Positions 25,022 through 35,949 of a stretch of DNA of 64,000 nucleotides are shown in pieces; the first letter of the stretch is position 1; each line of letters opens with the position of its first letter. The stretch comes from Squalus acanthias (taxonomy: Eukaryota): NCBI GenBank assembly GCA_030390025.1, contig CM059432.1, positions 74,650,001 through 74,714,000 of the forward strand, written 5' to 3'. The position numbers and the translations under genes were made by a program. The notes beneath the pieces are model-generated. The model was given only the letters and a program-made list of their open reading frames with translations. It did not search any database and was not told the DNA's origin.

Positions 25022-25440
25022 GAACGAACGAACGAACGAACGATTGCACGCATGCATATTGGAACTTACGCTTGATCGAAGGAACAATCATTTGGCTAGC
25101 GATTGAACGAGCGAATGCACACATGCACGCACTTAGACAAATGGTACGCACGCACGCATACATATTGGAACTTACACTCGATCGAACGAACGACGTTTAG
25201 TCGCGGGCCGGGCAATGAATGATCGAACGGACGAGCGAACGCAAGCATGCACATTGGAACTTATACTCGATCGAACGAACGGTCGTTGGCCTCTGAACGA
25301 GCGAACGCACGCATGCACGCACTTAGACAAACGATACGCATGCACATTGGAACTTACGCTCGATCAAACGAACGAACGCTTGAGTGAACGAACGAACGAT
25401 TGAATGAACGATCGTATGAACGATTGAATGAACAAACGAT
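25022..25440. repeat. CpG-rich complex tandem repeat: (GAAC)n plus four copies of a ~36-nt motif
   Basis: GCATGCACATTGGAACTTACGCTCGATCGAACGAAC-like motif near 25050, 25156, 25245 and 25338. Confidence 0.85.
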
Positions 25441-25786
25441 GCTAGTAGGACTGGCATAAAATGGGTAGTAGTATATTTGTAGCATTTAATTGAATTATGA
25501 TGGTGCTATGTGATTTGTACACTGAGGTGTCAAACTGTTTTCTTTTATGTGGCGTTTACCTTGAGATTTATTGTTTTAAATCTACAAAGTTTGTGAGATT
25601 ATTCAAGGGTATTTGTACTGTAAACTTTGATTTATTTGTAAAATGTTATTAATGTATTTATATTGTTAATCGTAAAGCTGTTCTTAAGGCTTTATTGTTT
25701 GTTGTGATCAATGAATGTAATGGTCTACTATGTAATTGATGAGCTGTGTAAGTACTATTGTACTTGAATAAAAGATTTACAAGGCC

Positions 25787-26006
25787 TACAATTCAGAGCA
25801 GCTGAAGGCAGTCAATTAGGGAAACTAGATTAAACTGGTTCTCCTGTAGCAGAACCCAGCAAGCTCCTTTGTTTCAGGGCCTATAAAAACAGGCTTTGCA
25901 GTGCGATTTTTGCACTGAGTGCGGTTTAAACAGAGTGCTGCGTGTTGGGTGAGTCAGGGAGTAAGGTGAGGAGTGGAAGGAGGAGCTCCCTTGCTTCGCC
26001 TTTGTT
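25787..26006 (+). promoter_or_regulatory. Shared TATA-promoter/leader cassette, copy 3, in front of CR1 #2
   Basis: Same TACAATTCAGAGC start; TATAAAA at 25882; GCACTGAGT with A at 25914 (TATA+32), a plausible start site. Confidence 0.75.
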
Positions 26007-26294
26007 TTTCCTAACTTTTCACCCTGTAGGAATTGGTTCTTACTTTACACCAAGGAAAGAGTCTGAGAGCAGGAGCAGTCCAACAACAACTGAAAAACCG
26101 CTAAAGTGATGTCACAACTAGGGAAGGAGCTGATTCGTAAGTAGGACCAGGTGAGTGTTTCTACAGTCCAGTCGTTAAAGTAAAAGTAAGGTCTCTAGTT
26201 TAGAGTAAGTAGTGTTTAAAGGGAAGTAAGGTCCCTAGTGTATTTAATATTCTTTAATTTAAAGGAAGTAAAGGGAGTAAATTAAGGGTAGGAC

Positions 26295-27240
26295 ATGGCA
26301 GGGCAGCTCGGCAACGTGGAGTGCTCCTCCTGTGCTATGTAGGAAGTCAGGGACACTTTAGGTGTCCAGGGTGAACACATGTGCAGGAAGTGTCTCCAGC
26401 TGCAGCTACTCGAAATCCACGTTTCAGAGCTGGCGCTGCGGCTGGAGTCACTGTGGAACATCCGCGAAGCTGAGATCTTCGTGGATAGCACGTTTAACGA
26501 GGTGGTCACACCACAGGTAAAGAGTGCACAGGCAGACAGGGAATGGGTGACCGCCAGACAGAGTAAAAGAACTAGGAAGGTAGTGCAGGAGTCCCCTGGG
26601 TCCATCTCCCTCTCCGACAGATTTTTCGTTTTGGATACTGCTGGGGGAGATGGTTTCTCAGGGGAATGCAGCAAGAGCCAAGTCCATGGCACTACGAGTG
26701 GCTCAGCTGCACAGGAGGGGAGGAAAGAGTGGGAGAGCAATAGTGATAGGGGATTCTATCGTAAGGGGAACAGATAGATGGTTCTGTGGCTGCAGACGTG
26801 ACTACAGGATGGTATGTTGCCTCCCTGGTGCCAGGGTCAAGGATGTCACTGAACGGCTGCAGGGCATTTTGAAGGGGGAGGGCGAACAGTCAGAGGTCGT
26901 GGTTCACATTGGTACCAACGACATGGGTAGAAAGAGGGATGAGGTCCTGCAACAAGAATTTAGGGAGCTAGGTAGCAGATTAAAAAGCAAGACCTCAAAG
27001 GTTGTAATCTCTGGATTACTCCCGGTGCCACGTGCTAGTGAGTATAGGAATAGGAGGATAGAGCAGATGAATGTGTGGCTAAAGAGTTGGTGCAGGAGGG
27101 AGGGCTTTAGTTTCCTGGATCACTGGGTCTGCTTCTGGGGAAGGTGGGACCTGTACAAGTCGGACGGGTAGCACCGGAACGGGACCAACATCCTTGCGGG
27201 GAGGTTTGCTGGTACTGATGGGGGGGGGTTTAAACTAACT
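26295..27240 (+). pseudogene. CR1 #2 ORF1 (zinc finger/zipper + SGNH esterase)
   Basis: MAGQLGNVECSSCAM*..CRKCLQLQLL; IGDSIVRG; HIGTND; DLYKSDG; stop and frameshift present. Confidence 0.88.
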
Positions 27241-27357
27241 TCGCAGGAGGATGGGATACGGAGTGGAGCTATAGTAGGGGGTGATGCACAGCCAAATATA
27301 GAGGAAAAAGCAAGTCAGCCTGGAAGGCAGAGCAAATATGTAACGGCACAAGGGAGT

Positions 27358-30300
27358 ATGGCAAGGCTGGATGGCATTTATTTTAATGCAAGGAGTCTTG
27401 CGAGTAAGGCAGATGAATTGAAGGTGTTGATGAACACATGGGAGTATGATATTGTTGCTATCACAGAGACATGGTTGAGGGAGGGTCAGGACTGGCAGCT
27501 CAATATTCTGGGGTATAGAATCTTCAGGTGACAGAGGGGGGTGTAAAAGAGGAGGGGGTGTCACAATATTAATCAAGGAGTCAATTACTGCTGTACGGAG
27601 GGATGATATCTTAGCAGGTTCCTCTAATGAGGCCATATGGGTAGAACTTACAAAACAAAAAGGGGGCCAGCACTTTGCTGGGAGTGTACTATAGGCCCCC
27701 AAACAGTCAGGGGGAGATAGAGGAACTGATATGTAGGCAAATCTCAGAAGTGTAGAAATAATAGGGTAATACTAGTAGGGGATTTCAACTTCCCCAATAT
27801 TAACTGGGATAGTCAGAGTGTGAAAGGCTTAGAGGGTGCGGAATTCTTAAAGTGCATCCAGGGGAGCTTTTTGAGCCAGCATGTAGAAAGTCCTACAAGA
27901 GAGGGGGCGGTAATGGACCTAATTCTAGGGAATGTAGCCGGGCAAGTGGTAGAAGTGTCAGTAGGAGAGCATTTTGGTGACCGTGACCATAATTCGGTGA
28001 GATTTAAGGTAGTCATGGTAAAGGACAAAGATGGACCGGAAATAAAGGTTCTAAATTGGGGGAAGGCCGATTTTAATATGATAAGGCAGGATCTGGCCAA
28101 AGTGGACTGGGATCAGCTACTTGTAGGAAAATCCACATCAGAGCAGTGGGAGTCCTTCAGAAAGGAAATAGAGAGAGTACAACGCCAACATGTTCCCGTA
28201 AAGGTCAAGGGTGGGACCAACAAGCCCAGGGAACCCTGGATGTCAAGGGATATACAAGAATGGATTAGGGAAAAAGGGAGGCTTTTGGCAGATACAAAGG
28301 ACTAAACAGTGGAAGCCCCAGAGGAGTATAGAAAGTGCAGGGGGGCACTTAAAAAATAAATTAGGAGAGCGAAGAGGGGGCATGAAAAAACACTGGCGGG
28401 CAAAATAAAGGAAAATCCCAAGGTGTTTTATAAGTATATTAAGGGCAAGAGGATAACCAGGGAAAGAGTAGGGCCCATTCGGAACTAAAGTGGCAATGTG
28501 TGTGTAGAGCCGGAAGATGTGGGTGAGGTTGAAATGAATATTTTGCATCTGTGTTTACTATGGAAAAGGACGATGTAGGCATAGAAATCAGGCAGCGGGA
28601 TTGTGATATACTTGAACAAATTAGTATTGGGAGGGAGGAGGTACTAGCGCTTTTAGCGGGCTTAAAAGTGGATAAATCCCCAGGCCCAGACGAGATGTAT
28701 CCCAGGCTGCTGCGTGAGGCAAGGGAGGAGATTGCAGGGGCTCTGACACAAATTTTCAGAACCTCTCTGGCCACAGGGGAGGTGCCAGAGGACTGGAGAA
28801 CAGCTAACATAGTACCATTATTCAAGAAGGGTAGTAGGGATAAACCAGGGAATTACAGGCCAGTGAGCCTAACATCAGTGGTAGGGAAATTATTGGAAAA
28901 AATTCTGAGGGACAGAATTAGTCTCCACTTGGAGAGGCAAGGATTAATCAAGAATAGTCAGCATAGCTTTGTCAGGGGGAGATCGTGTCTAACCAATTTG
29001 ATTGAATTTTTCGAGGGGGTGACTAGGTGTGTGGATGAGGGTAGTGCAGTTGATGTAGTCTACATGGACTTCAGTAAGGCTTTTGACAAAGTCCCGCATG
29101 GGAGACTGGTCAAGAAGGTAAGAGCCCATGGGATCCAGGGCAATTTGGCACATTAGATTCAAAATTGGCTTAGTGGCAGGAGGCAGAGGGTGATGGTCGA
29201 AGGTTGTTTTTGTGACTGGAAGCTTGTGTCCAGTGGTGTACTGCAGGGATTGGTGCTGGGTCCCTTTCTGTTTGTAGTGTACATTAATGATTTAGATATG
29301 AATGTAGGAGGTATGATCAGTAAGTTCGCAGATGACACGAAAATTGGTGGAGTGGTAAATAGTGAGGAGGGAAGCCTCAGGCTACAGGACGATCTAGACG
29401 GGTTTGTTAGATGGGCAGAACAATGGCAAATGGAATTTAACCCTGAAAAGTGTGAGGTGATGCATTCTGGGAGGACTAACAAGGCAAGGGAATACACAAT
29501 GAATGGTAGGACCCTAGGAAGGACAGAGGATCAGAGGGACCTTGGTGTGCATGTACATAGATCCCTGAAGGCAGCAGGACAGGTAGATAAGGTGGTTAAA
29601 AAGGCATATGGGATATTTGCCTTCATTAGCCGAGGCATAGAATATAAGAGCAGGGAGGTTATGATGGAGCTGTACAAAACGCTAGTTACATAGAAACATA
29701 GAAGATAGGAGCAGGAGTAGGCCATTCGGCCTCTCGAGCCTGCTCCGCCATTCGATGAGATCATGGCTGATCATCCAAACTCAGTACCCTGTACCTGCCT
29801 TCTCCCCATATCCCTTGATACCTTTAGCTTTAAGAAATATATCTAACTCATTCTTGAATATATTTCATGACTTGGCCTCAACTACCTTCTGTGGTAGAGA
29901 ATTCCACAGGTTCACCACTCTCTGGGTGAAGAAATTCCTCCTCATTTCTGTCCTAAATGGCTTACCCCTTATCCTTAGATTATGACCCCTGGTTCTGGAC
30001 TCTCCGACCATCGGGAACATTCTTCCTGCATCTAGTTTGTCCAGTCCTGTCAGAATTTTATATGTTTCGATGAGATCCCCTCTCATTCTTCTATACTCCA
30101 GCAGGTATAAACCCAATCGACCCAATCTCTCCTCATATGTCATTCCTGCCATCCCAGGTATCAGCCTTGTGAATCTTCGCTGAACTCCCTCCATGGCATG
30201 AACATCCTTCTTAGGCCACAGCTGGAATACTGTGTGCAGTTCTGGTCGTCACACTATAGGAAGGATGTGATTGCATTGGAGAGGGTGCAGAGGAGATTCA

Positions 30301-30689
30301 CCAGGATGTTACCTGGGCTGGAGCGCTTCAGCTATGAAGAGAGACTGGACAGGCTGGGGTTGTTTTCTTTAGAGCAGAGAAGGTTGAGGGGGGACCTGAT
30401 TGAGGTGTACAAAATTATGAGGAGCATAGATAGGGTAGATAGAAAGGAACTTTTCCCCTTAGTAGAGGGATCAATAACCAGGGGGCATAGTTTCAAGTTA
30501 AGGGGCAGGAGGGTTAGAGGGGATTTGAAGAAAAACCTTTTCACCCAGAGGGTGGTTGGAATCTGGAACTCACTGCCTGAAAGGGTGGTAGAGGCAGGAA
30601 CCCTCACAACATTCAAGAAGCATTTAGATGAGCACTTGAAACGCCATAGCATACAAGGCTACGGACCAAGTGCTGGAAAATGGGATTAG
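27358..30689 (+). pseudogene. CR1 #2 ORF2 (APE + RT), with frameshifts, stops and an insertion
   Basis: YFNARSL, ITETWL, GDFN, DKSPGPD, YMDFSKAFD, FADDTKI, RPQLEYCVQFWS, GYGPSAGKWD*. Confidence 0.92.
29689..30210 (-). mobile_element. 5'-truncated CR1 3' fragment inserted antisense in CR1 #2
   Basis: MEGVQRRFTRLIPG..WNSLPQ on minus strand, (TTTCTATG)n tail, TTA TSD; host frame KTLV-RPQLEY restored. Confidence 0.9.
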
Positions 30690-31048
30690 AATAGACAGGG
30701 CTTGATGGCTGGCGTGGACACGATGGGCTGAAGGGCCTCTTTCTGTGCTGTATAACTCTATGACTCTATGGGCTGGATTTTGATACTGGGGCGGGCTGGG
30801 GTCGTGTAATCCGCATTTCGTGTTAGCTTCCCGATTCTAAATCGATGTGGGAGAATTATGCCATTTTAACCTAATTGGCCAATTGAGTTCCAATGTGTGG
30901 GAACCCATGGCCAGTGAGTTTTTCCAGTCTGAAAGTCGCCTCCGATGATGTCATCATTGCTGCTGCATTTAAGGTCTGCAACAAGTCTTGCTTCTTCTGC
31001 AGACTGCCAAGCTTTTGCCCTTGCATGTTAGAGGCACCTGCAGGAAGA

Positions 31049-33035
31049 ATGGCCAGCCAGAGACCTAGGTCTGCACCTCGATTTGATGACGTTGCCCTGC
31101 AGGCTTTAGTAGAGGGAGCAAGAGCAAACAAAGAGGTGCTCTTCCCTTCTTCAGGGAGGAGGAAGCCTCCCCAGCCAACCAAGGCTGTGTGGATCCAGGT
31201 GGCAGAGGAGGTCAACTCTTTGTCAATAACCCGCAGAACCTGGCTTCAGTGCAGGAAGAGGCTTCATGACCTTCTGCGCACTGGAAAAGTGAGTATGAAT
31301 TTCCCATCACCCTCAATCTGATCCCCATTGCCTCTCCTCACCAGCACTCAGCTTTAGCAATCTCTTCCTCCACATCCCACTTGACACTGACATCCCTGCA
31401 CCCTTACCCATTCCCTCTCTCTCTATGGTCACATTCACCTAACTATTCGCCTATGCAGCCCTCACACTCCCTATCACTGTGATGCAATTACAACTTACAA
31501 CACACAGGGAGGGCCCTTGGTCTTGCCACCTCACTCCATCTTTGTCTCCTTCTAAGCATCTATGCTATGGATTCTCTACACTCACTCCTTCATTCTCACT
31601 CAAACTCCACTTGTCTCCCTCATTGCAGGAAAAGAGAGCTCACAATAAGAGGGAAAGAGTGAGGACAGGAGGAGGGCCACCCTCAGTAGCCCAGCTCACC
31701 ACCTGGGATGGGATGAGGCGGTCCTGGAGATGGTGGGAGTGGAGGAATATTCCCAAGTGGGGGACGGACAGACGGGTGCATCACAGCAAGCCGGTGACAG
31801 AATAGTTTTCCATCTCTCTCAATGACATTGCATGAGTCGCTGATAATGATTCTGAAGCTCTAACAGATGGACTTATGATCATCTGCAATATGCAATGTGT
31901 AACCTTGGCCTCACATCTCTGACTCTTTCCTTTACTCCCCCCCCCAGGACCATCGCAAGCACCCGTCCCCACTATCCAGGAGGAAGAGCATGAGCCTCAA
32001 GACTCCTCAGAGGAAGCTGCAACCTCTGAGGGCGCAGCGTCAGCAGAATTCAGCGCACCCAGCACCAGCGCAGACACTCACACCTCCGAGGGAACATTGC
32101 GAGATAGAGTAGTGTTGTCACCTGGTGTATCACAGCTCACAAGTGAGCATCAGCAGATAGTGGAGACAGGGACAGCAGTGGAGAGTCCTAGTCGGAGGGC
32201 GCAGGACTCTCCCAGCTCGGCTCAGCTGCATGTCGACCCTCTGCCTCTGGGTCCATCCATAAGATCAGCAGTGCTGGAACTCCAGGAACAGATGCAGGAG
32301 TCTCTGGCAGGTTTTGTCTCCAGGGTCGCTGCGAGTGTGGAGCGAATGGAGGAGTCCATTGCGAACATGAGCAGAGCCTTTGTGGAGTCATTAGCGCATG
32401 AACGCATCACCACGGAAAGGATGGCAACGTCCGTGCAAATGATGGCAACCTCCGTCGAAAGGATGGCTACAGTAGACGATAAGATATCTGCGGCCATGGA
32501 GGAGATAAGTCGCCAGAGTGCAGAAAACATGGTGAGTGTTCAGAATAGAATGACATCTCTGGAGGAGCGATGGTCATCTATTGAACACAGAAACCAAACC
32601 TTCATGGAAGTCCTTCTGAGTAGGACTTCCAGTGCAGATACGGGTCCCCATGGCCCCCCTGATGTGCAGCAAGGTGCTCTCAATCCACTTGCAAGCGCTG
32701 AGGTGGACCTGACCCATGAGAGGGATGTTGTTTGCAGAGAACAAGGAAGTGGGGGCTCCTCTCCAAGCGCTCACACTTCCATGCCACTGACAAGTCCTCG
32801 GTCAAAGCCCCACCAGAGTTCGCACCCAACTGAGATCGGCGTCTCAACTCCTGCACAGCCGCAGGAGCAGCAGACTGTTGGCGAGCTCTCTCAGGTTCGC
32901 AATCACAGAGGACGCCCGCCAAAGGTGTCGAGACAGGAGCAGCAAGAAAGTGAGCAACGGGCCTCCACATCTGCTGAAGCCACAGGGGAAGCACCACGTA
33001 GGAGCACGTGTAAGAGAAAGATAGTGCACAAATAG
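31049..33035 (+). pseudogene. H3 Myb/SANT-like gene, 3 exons (31049-31288, 31629-31793, 31948-33035); 5-bp GGGAT duplication frameshifts exon 2
   Basis: MASQRPRSAPRFDDVALQALV..VWIQVA..RTWLQCRKRLHDL; EKRAHNKRERVRTGGG; coiled-coil-like exon 3. Exon 2 returns to 3n+1 length if the duplication is removed. Confidence 0.85.
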
Positions 33036-33292
33036 TCACAAGGGTAGTCACTTGGGTGAATTTTGATGTTTTATGTTAAAAAGCCATCAGATGATTACAG
33101 TAAATAAAAAATCTGATGGCTACTGCTGTAGTTGTGGCGTGCGTCATTTCGCGAATGGGACTTCCACATTGAGGGCTTAGGATTACTTGCAATTGTCAGT
33201 ATGGTGTTCAAATTGCTAGGAATCCGCTGGTTCTTGGCCATTGTCGATGCTCAGGTAAGAAGCTGCGAGGCAAAAGTGCTTGATTGGCTAGG

Positions 33293-34554
33293 CTAAGCAA
33301 ATCTGGCCAAGATGAGTGCGTTCCTTGCATCCTGGGCAGCAATGTTCTCGCGTACTGCTGCCGCTGGTTGATGGGCCTCTGCAAGATGTTTGTTTTCGCT
33401 CTCCTCCTCCTCCTCCTCCTCCTCCTCATCTGAGGAGGCTATGTGACGAGCCACTTGGTCCTCAGGAATCTGCAAGCCACGACGCTGTGCCATGTTGTGA
33501 AGTGCACAGCAAACCACGACGATTCTGGAGACCCTGGCTGCTGAGTACTGCAGGGCTCCACCTGATCTATCCAGGCATCTGAAGCGCATCTTCAGCAAAC
33601 CGATGGTTTGCTCAATTATGGCTCTGGTGGAAATGTGGCTGGAGTTGTAGCTCTCCTCAGCTTCGTTGGATGGGCTCCTCAACGGCGACATTAGCCACGT
33701 TTTCAGGGGATAGCCCTTGTCTCCAAGTAGCCATCCGTTAAGTTGGTCTGGCGGACTGAATAGCGGAGGCACACTAGACTGGTGCTGTATGAAGGAGTCA
33801 TGGCAACTGCCAGGGTACTTGGCACAAACATGCAAAATTTCCTTCTTGTGGTCACACACCAGCTGCATGTTGAGGGAGTGGAAGCCCTTGCGGTTGACAA
33901 AAATACCTGGATTGCGATGGGGTGCCTTAAGGGCCACGTGTGCAGTCAACGATGCCCTGCACCCTTGGAAAGCCTGCCAGATTAGCTAATCCAACCGCAC
34001 GCGCCGTAAGACTTGCTTGATCCTTGGTGAAATGGATGTGATTGTGCGCGATGGCAAAGAAGGCAAAGGTTACCTGCGTGATGCAAGTGTGTGCGGCCCC
34101 CTGGGAGATGCCGCTGATGTCTGCTGCTGATCCCTGGAATGAGCCTGAGGCAAAAAAGTTGAGTGCGGTGGTGACTTTGATGGCCACTGGTAAGGGTTGT
34201 CCACCTGGTCTTCTGGGCTCCAGGTCTTGTTGCAGCATTGTGCAGATGCCACCCACTACCTCTCGAAAGTCGGAGCCGCCTTTGGCACTGCTGCTCAGAC
34301 ATGTTAAGGTAGCTGACCCTGTGTCTGTAGACCCTGTTTGGGGGGTATCTCCTGCGCCGACGGGCTTCCATGTGCTGGCCCCTTCTGGCCTGTGCAGCTT
34401 CAGGTGGGTGAACAGCAGCTTGGCGCTCCTGTTGTTGCTGCTGCTGTTGGTGCTGCTGCTGTTGGTGCTGCTGTTGTTCATGGTTCTGCTGGTGCCGCGG
34501 CTGGTCTTCGTCCTCATCTGATGTCCAGAAGGGAAGGAAATAAATGGCTCCCAT
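33293..34554 (-). pseudogene. H3 DDE transposase with two frameshifts (near 34262 and 33940); N-terminal polyQ, C-terminal polyE
   Basis: [70 protein letters not shown]. Confidence 0.92.
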
Positions 34555-35229
34555 GCTTCTGGTATATGCCTCAGTTGAGGAAGCGCTCAGTCAAGGTGGC
34601 GAGAGGGGTTTCCCAGGAGGTCACACTGGAGATGGGTGTCAGGCTCCAAACTTCCACAGCTGTGGTTATGCCTTCTAAAAGTTCCCCCAGACCTGAGACA
34701 GCAAAGTCCTGCCACCTGCAAATGATGGCTGATCAAATCTCCTAATTAATGGTTGCGCTGCAGCTGAAAGTCAGCAATCCAATTGTGCTCCCGCCAGGTT
34801 TCACTGTCATGTTTCAGAACAGGCGTGCTTCACATGGGAAAAGGGTTAAAATCACAAAGGCTTATCAAAATGGCATTATAGAGGCAATTTAGTGCTTGTT
34901 AAGGGCCTTAACGGCCTATCCCGCCTCTTGGAGGCGGGACGGAGATGGGACCAGTAGACAAGATTTAATGAAAATTGCTTGGAGGTGGGATGGAGGCGGG
35001 GTTGGGCCCGCCCGCCAGTTTTTGCAATTTTAACCATCCACACGCCTCCAATCCCGCCTCAACGGCGCGATGAAATTCGAGCCCTATGACTCTGAGACAT
35101 CCACTTTCAGCATGGTGGAAGGACCAGTGCAATTCAGCTTGTGATGTGTCAGCCATCTTGTTGTTCTAGACATCCAAGTCCAATGCTGCACACTTATTGC
35201 TCATCAATAAGTGCTTAATTCAGATGCTC

Positions 35230-35288
35230 ATAGAATCATAGAATCACAGCACAGAATAAGGCCATTTGGCCTGTCGAGCCTGTGCCGT
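35230..35288 (-). mobile_element. Short inverted CR1/SINE 3' tail
   Basis: CATAGAATCATAGAATC..AGGCCATTTGGCCTGTCGAGCCTG. Confidence 0.65.
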
Positions 35289-35949
35289 GTAGGAAGAATT
35301 CCTGCTCTCAGTGTTATAATTTTATGATTCTAGGTTTACCCCTCATGAGGGACTGCGGCAAAGAGATAAGCATTCCATGAGGCTCAGTGACAGGGCACTG
35401 TAGGTTGGAGTCATCCCTTCCTGCAACTATTTTGCCACAAGTTAATTTCACAGCTTGATCCTGGATCTTGCACAAAGGAGGCCCTTCCATTGTATGCCTA
35501 ATAGTTCTGAACTATGAAGGAGAACTGTTTTGACACATGGGAATCAAATTTCCCCAGGCCCTCTGGCAAACTCCCACCACAGAAGCCTTGTGAACTAGGC
35601 CAAGACCTGGATACACCAGGCCACAGCCTTCTCCACCAGTTTCCAGAAGACCTTGTCTAGGGCAAAATCTCAGTCCACTCCACACAAGGTCACTTACATC
35701 AAGGGGTACGGCTGGGAGATGGGTCTCCTAGGCTGGGAGTTTACTTGGCCCTGGCTTGATGGGAGAGTCGTGGCCAGTACAGTTAGTGAAAGGAGGCATA
35801 CTGGCCATTGGAGGGGTGAAAGTGCAGTCTTAGATCATGGACTGGACTGCTGAAGAAAAGGTAAGAACATTTTGATTTGCTGGGCATCACAGAAGTAATT
35901 TGTTAGGGCCGGCTCCCTTCAGTTAGGCCAGCCTCCGCTGCAACTAATA

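Larger units (their letters stand above)
23370..25786 (+). mobile_element. Unclassified non-coding unit between cassette copies 2 and 3 (candidate non-autonomous retroelement)
   Basis: GC-rich tandem duplications at the 5' end, YY1-like GCCGCCATTTTG near 23846, internal CpG-rich repeats, T-rich 3' part, AATAAA at 25767; no credible ORF. Confidence 0.5.
25914..30769 (+). mobile_element. CR1-clade LINE #2, full length, decayed (tail continues at 35085-35093 after H3)
   Basis: 5'UTR, ORF1 from 26295, ORF2 to 30689, (TATGACTC)n tail. Confidence 0.93.
30770..35084 (-). mobile_element. PIF/Harbinger transposon H3 (4315 bp), full length but frameshifted
   Basis: TIRs GGGCTGGATTTT / AAATTCGAGCCC, TAT TSD in the CR1 #2 tail; convergent Myb (+) and transposase (-) genes. 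Confidence 0.94.

Noticed and set aside
25022..25440. CRISPR-like repeat/spacer appearance
   Set aside because: Linkers are related to each other and to the repeat, lengths vary, the context is eukaryotic and there are no cas genes.
18756..26006. LTR retrotransposon or endogenous retrovirus suggested by the direct repeats
   Set aside because: No TG..CA ends, primer-binding site, protease or integrase; the enclosed ORF is an APE-RT of non-LTR type.
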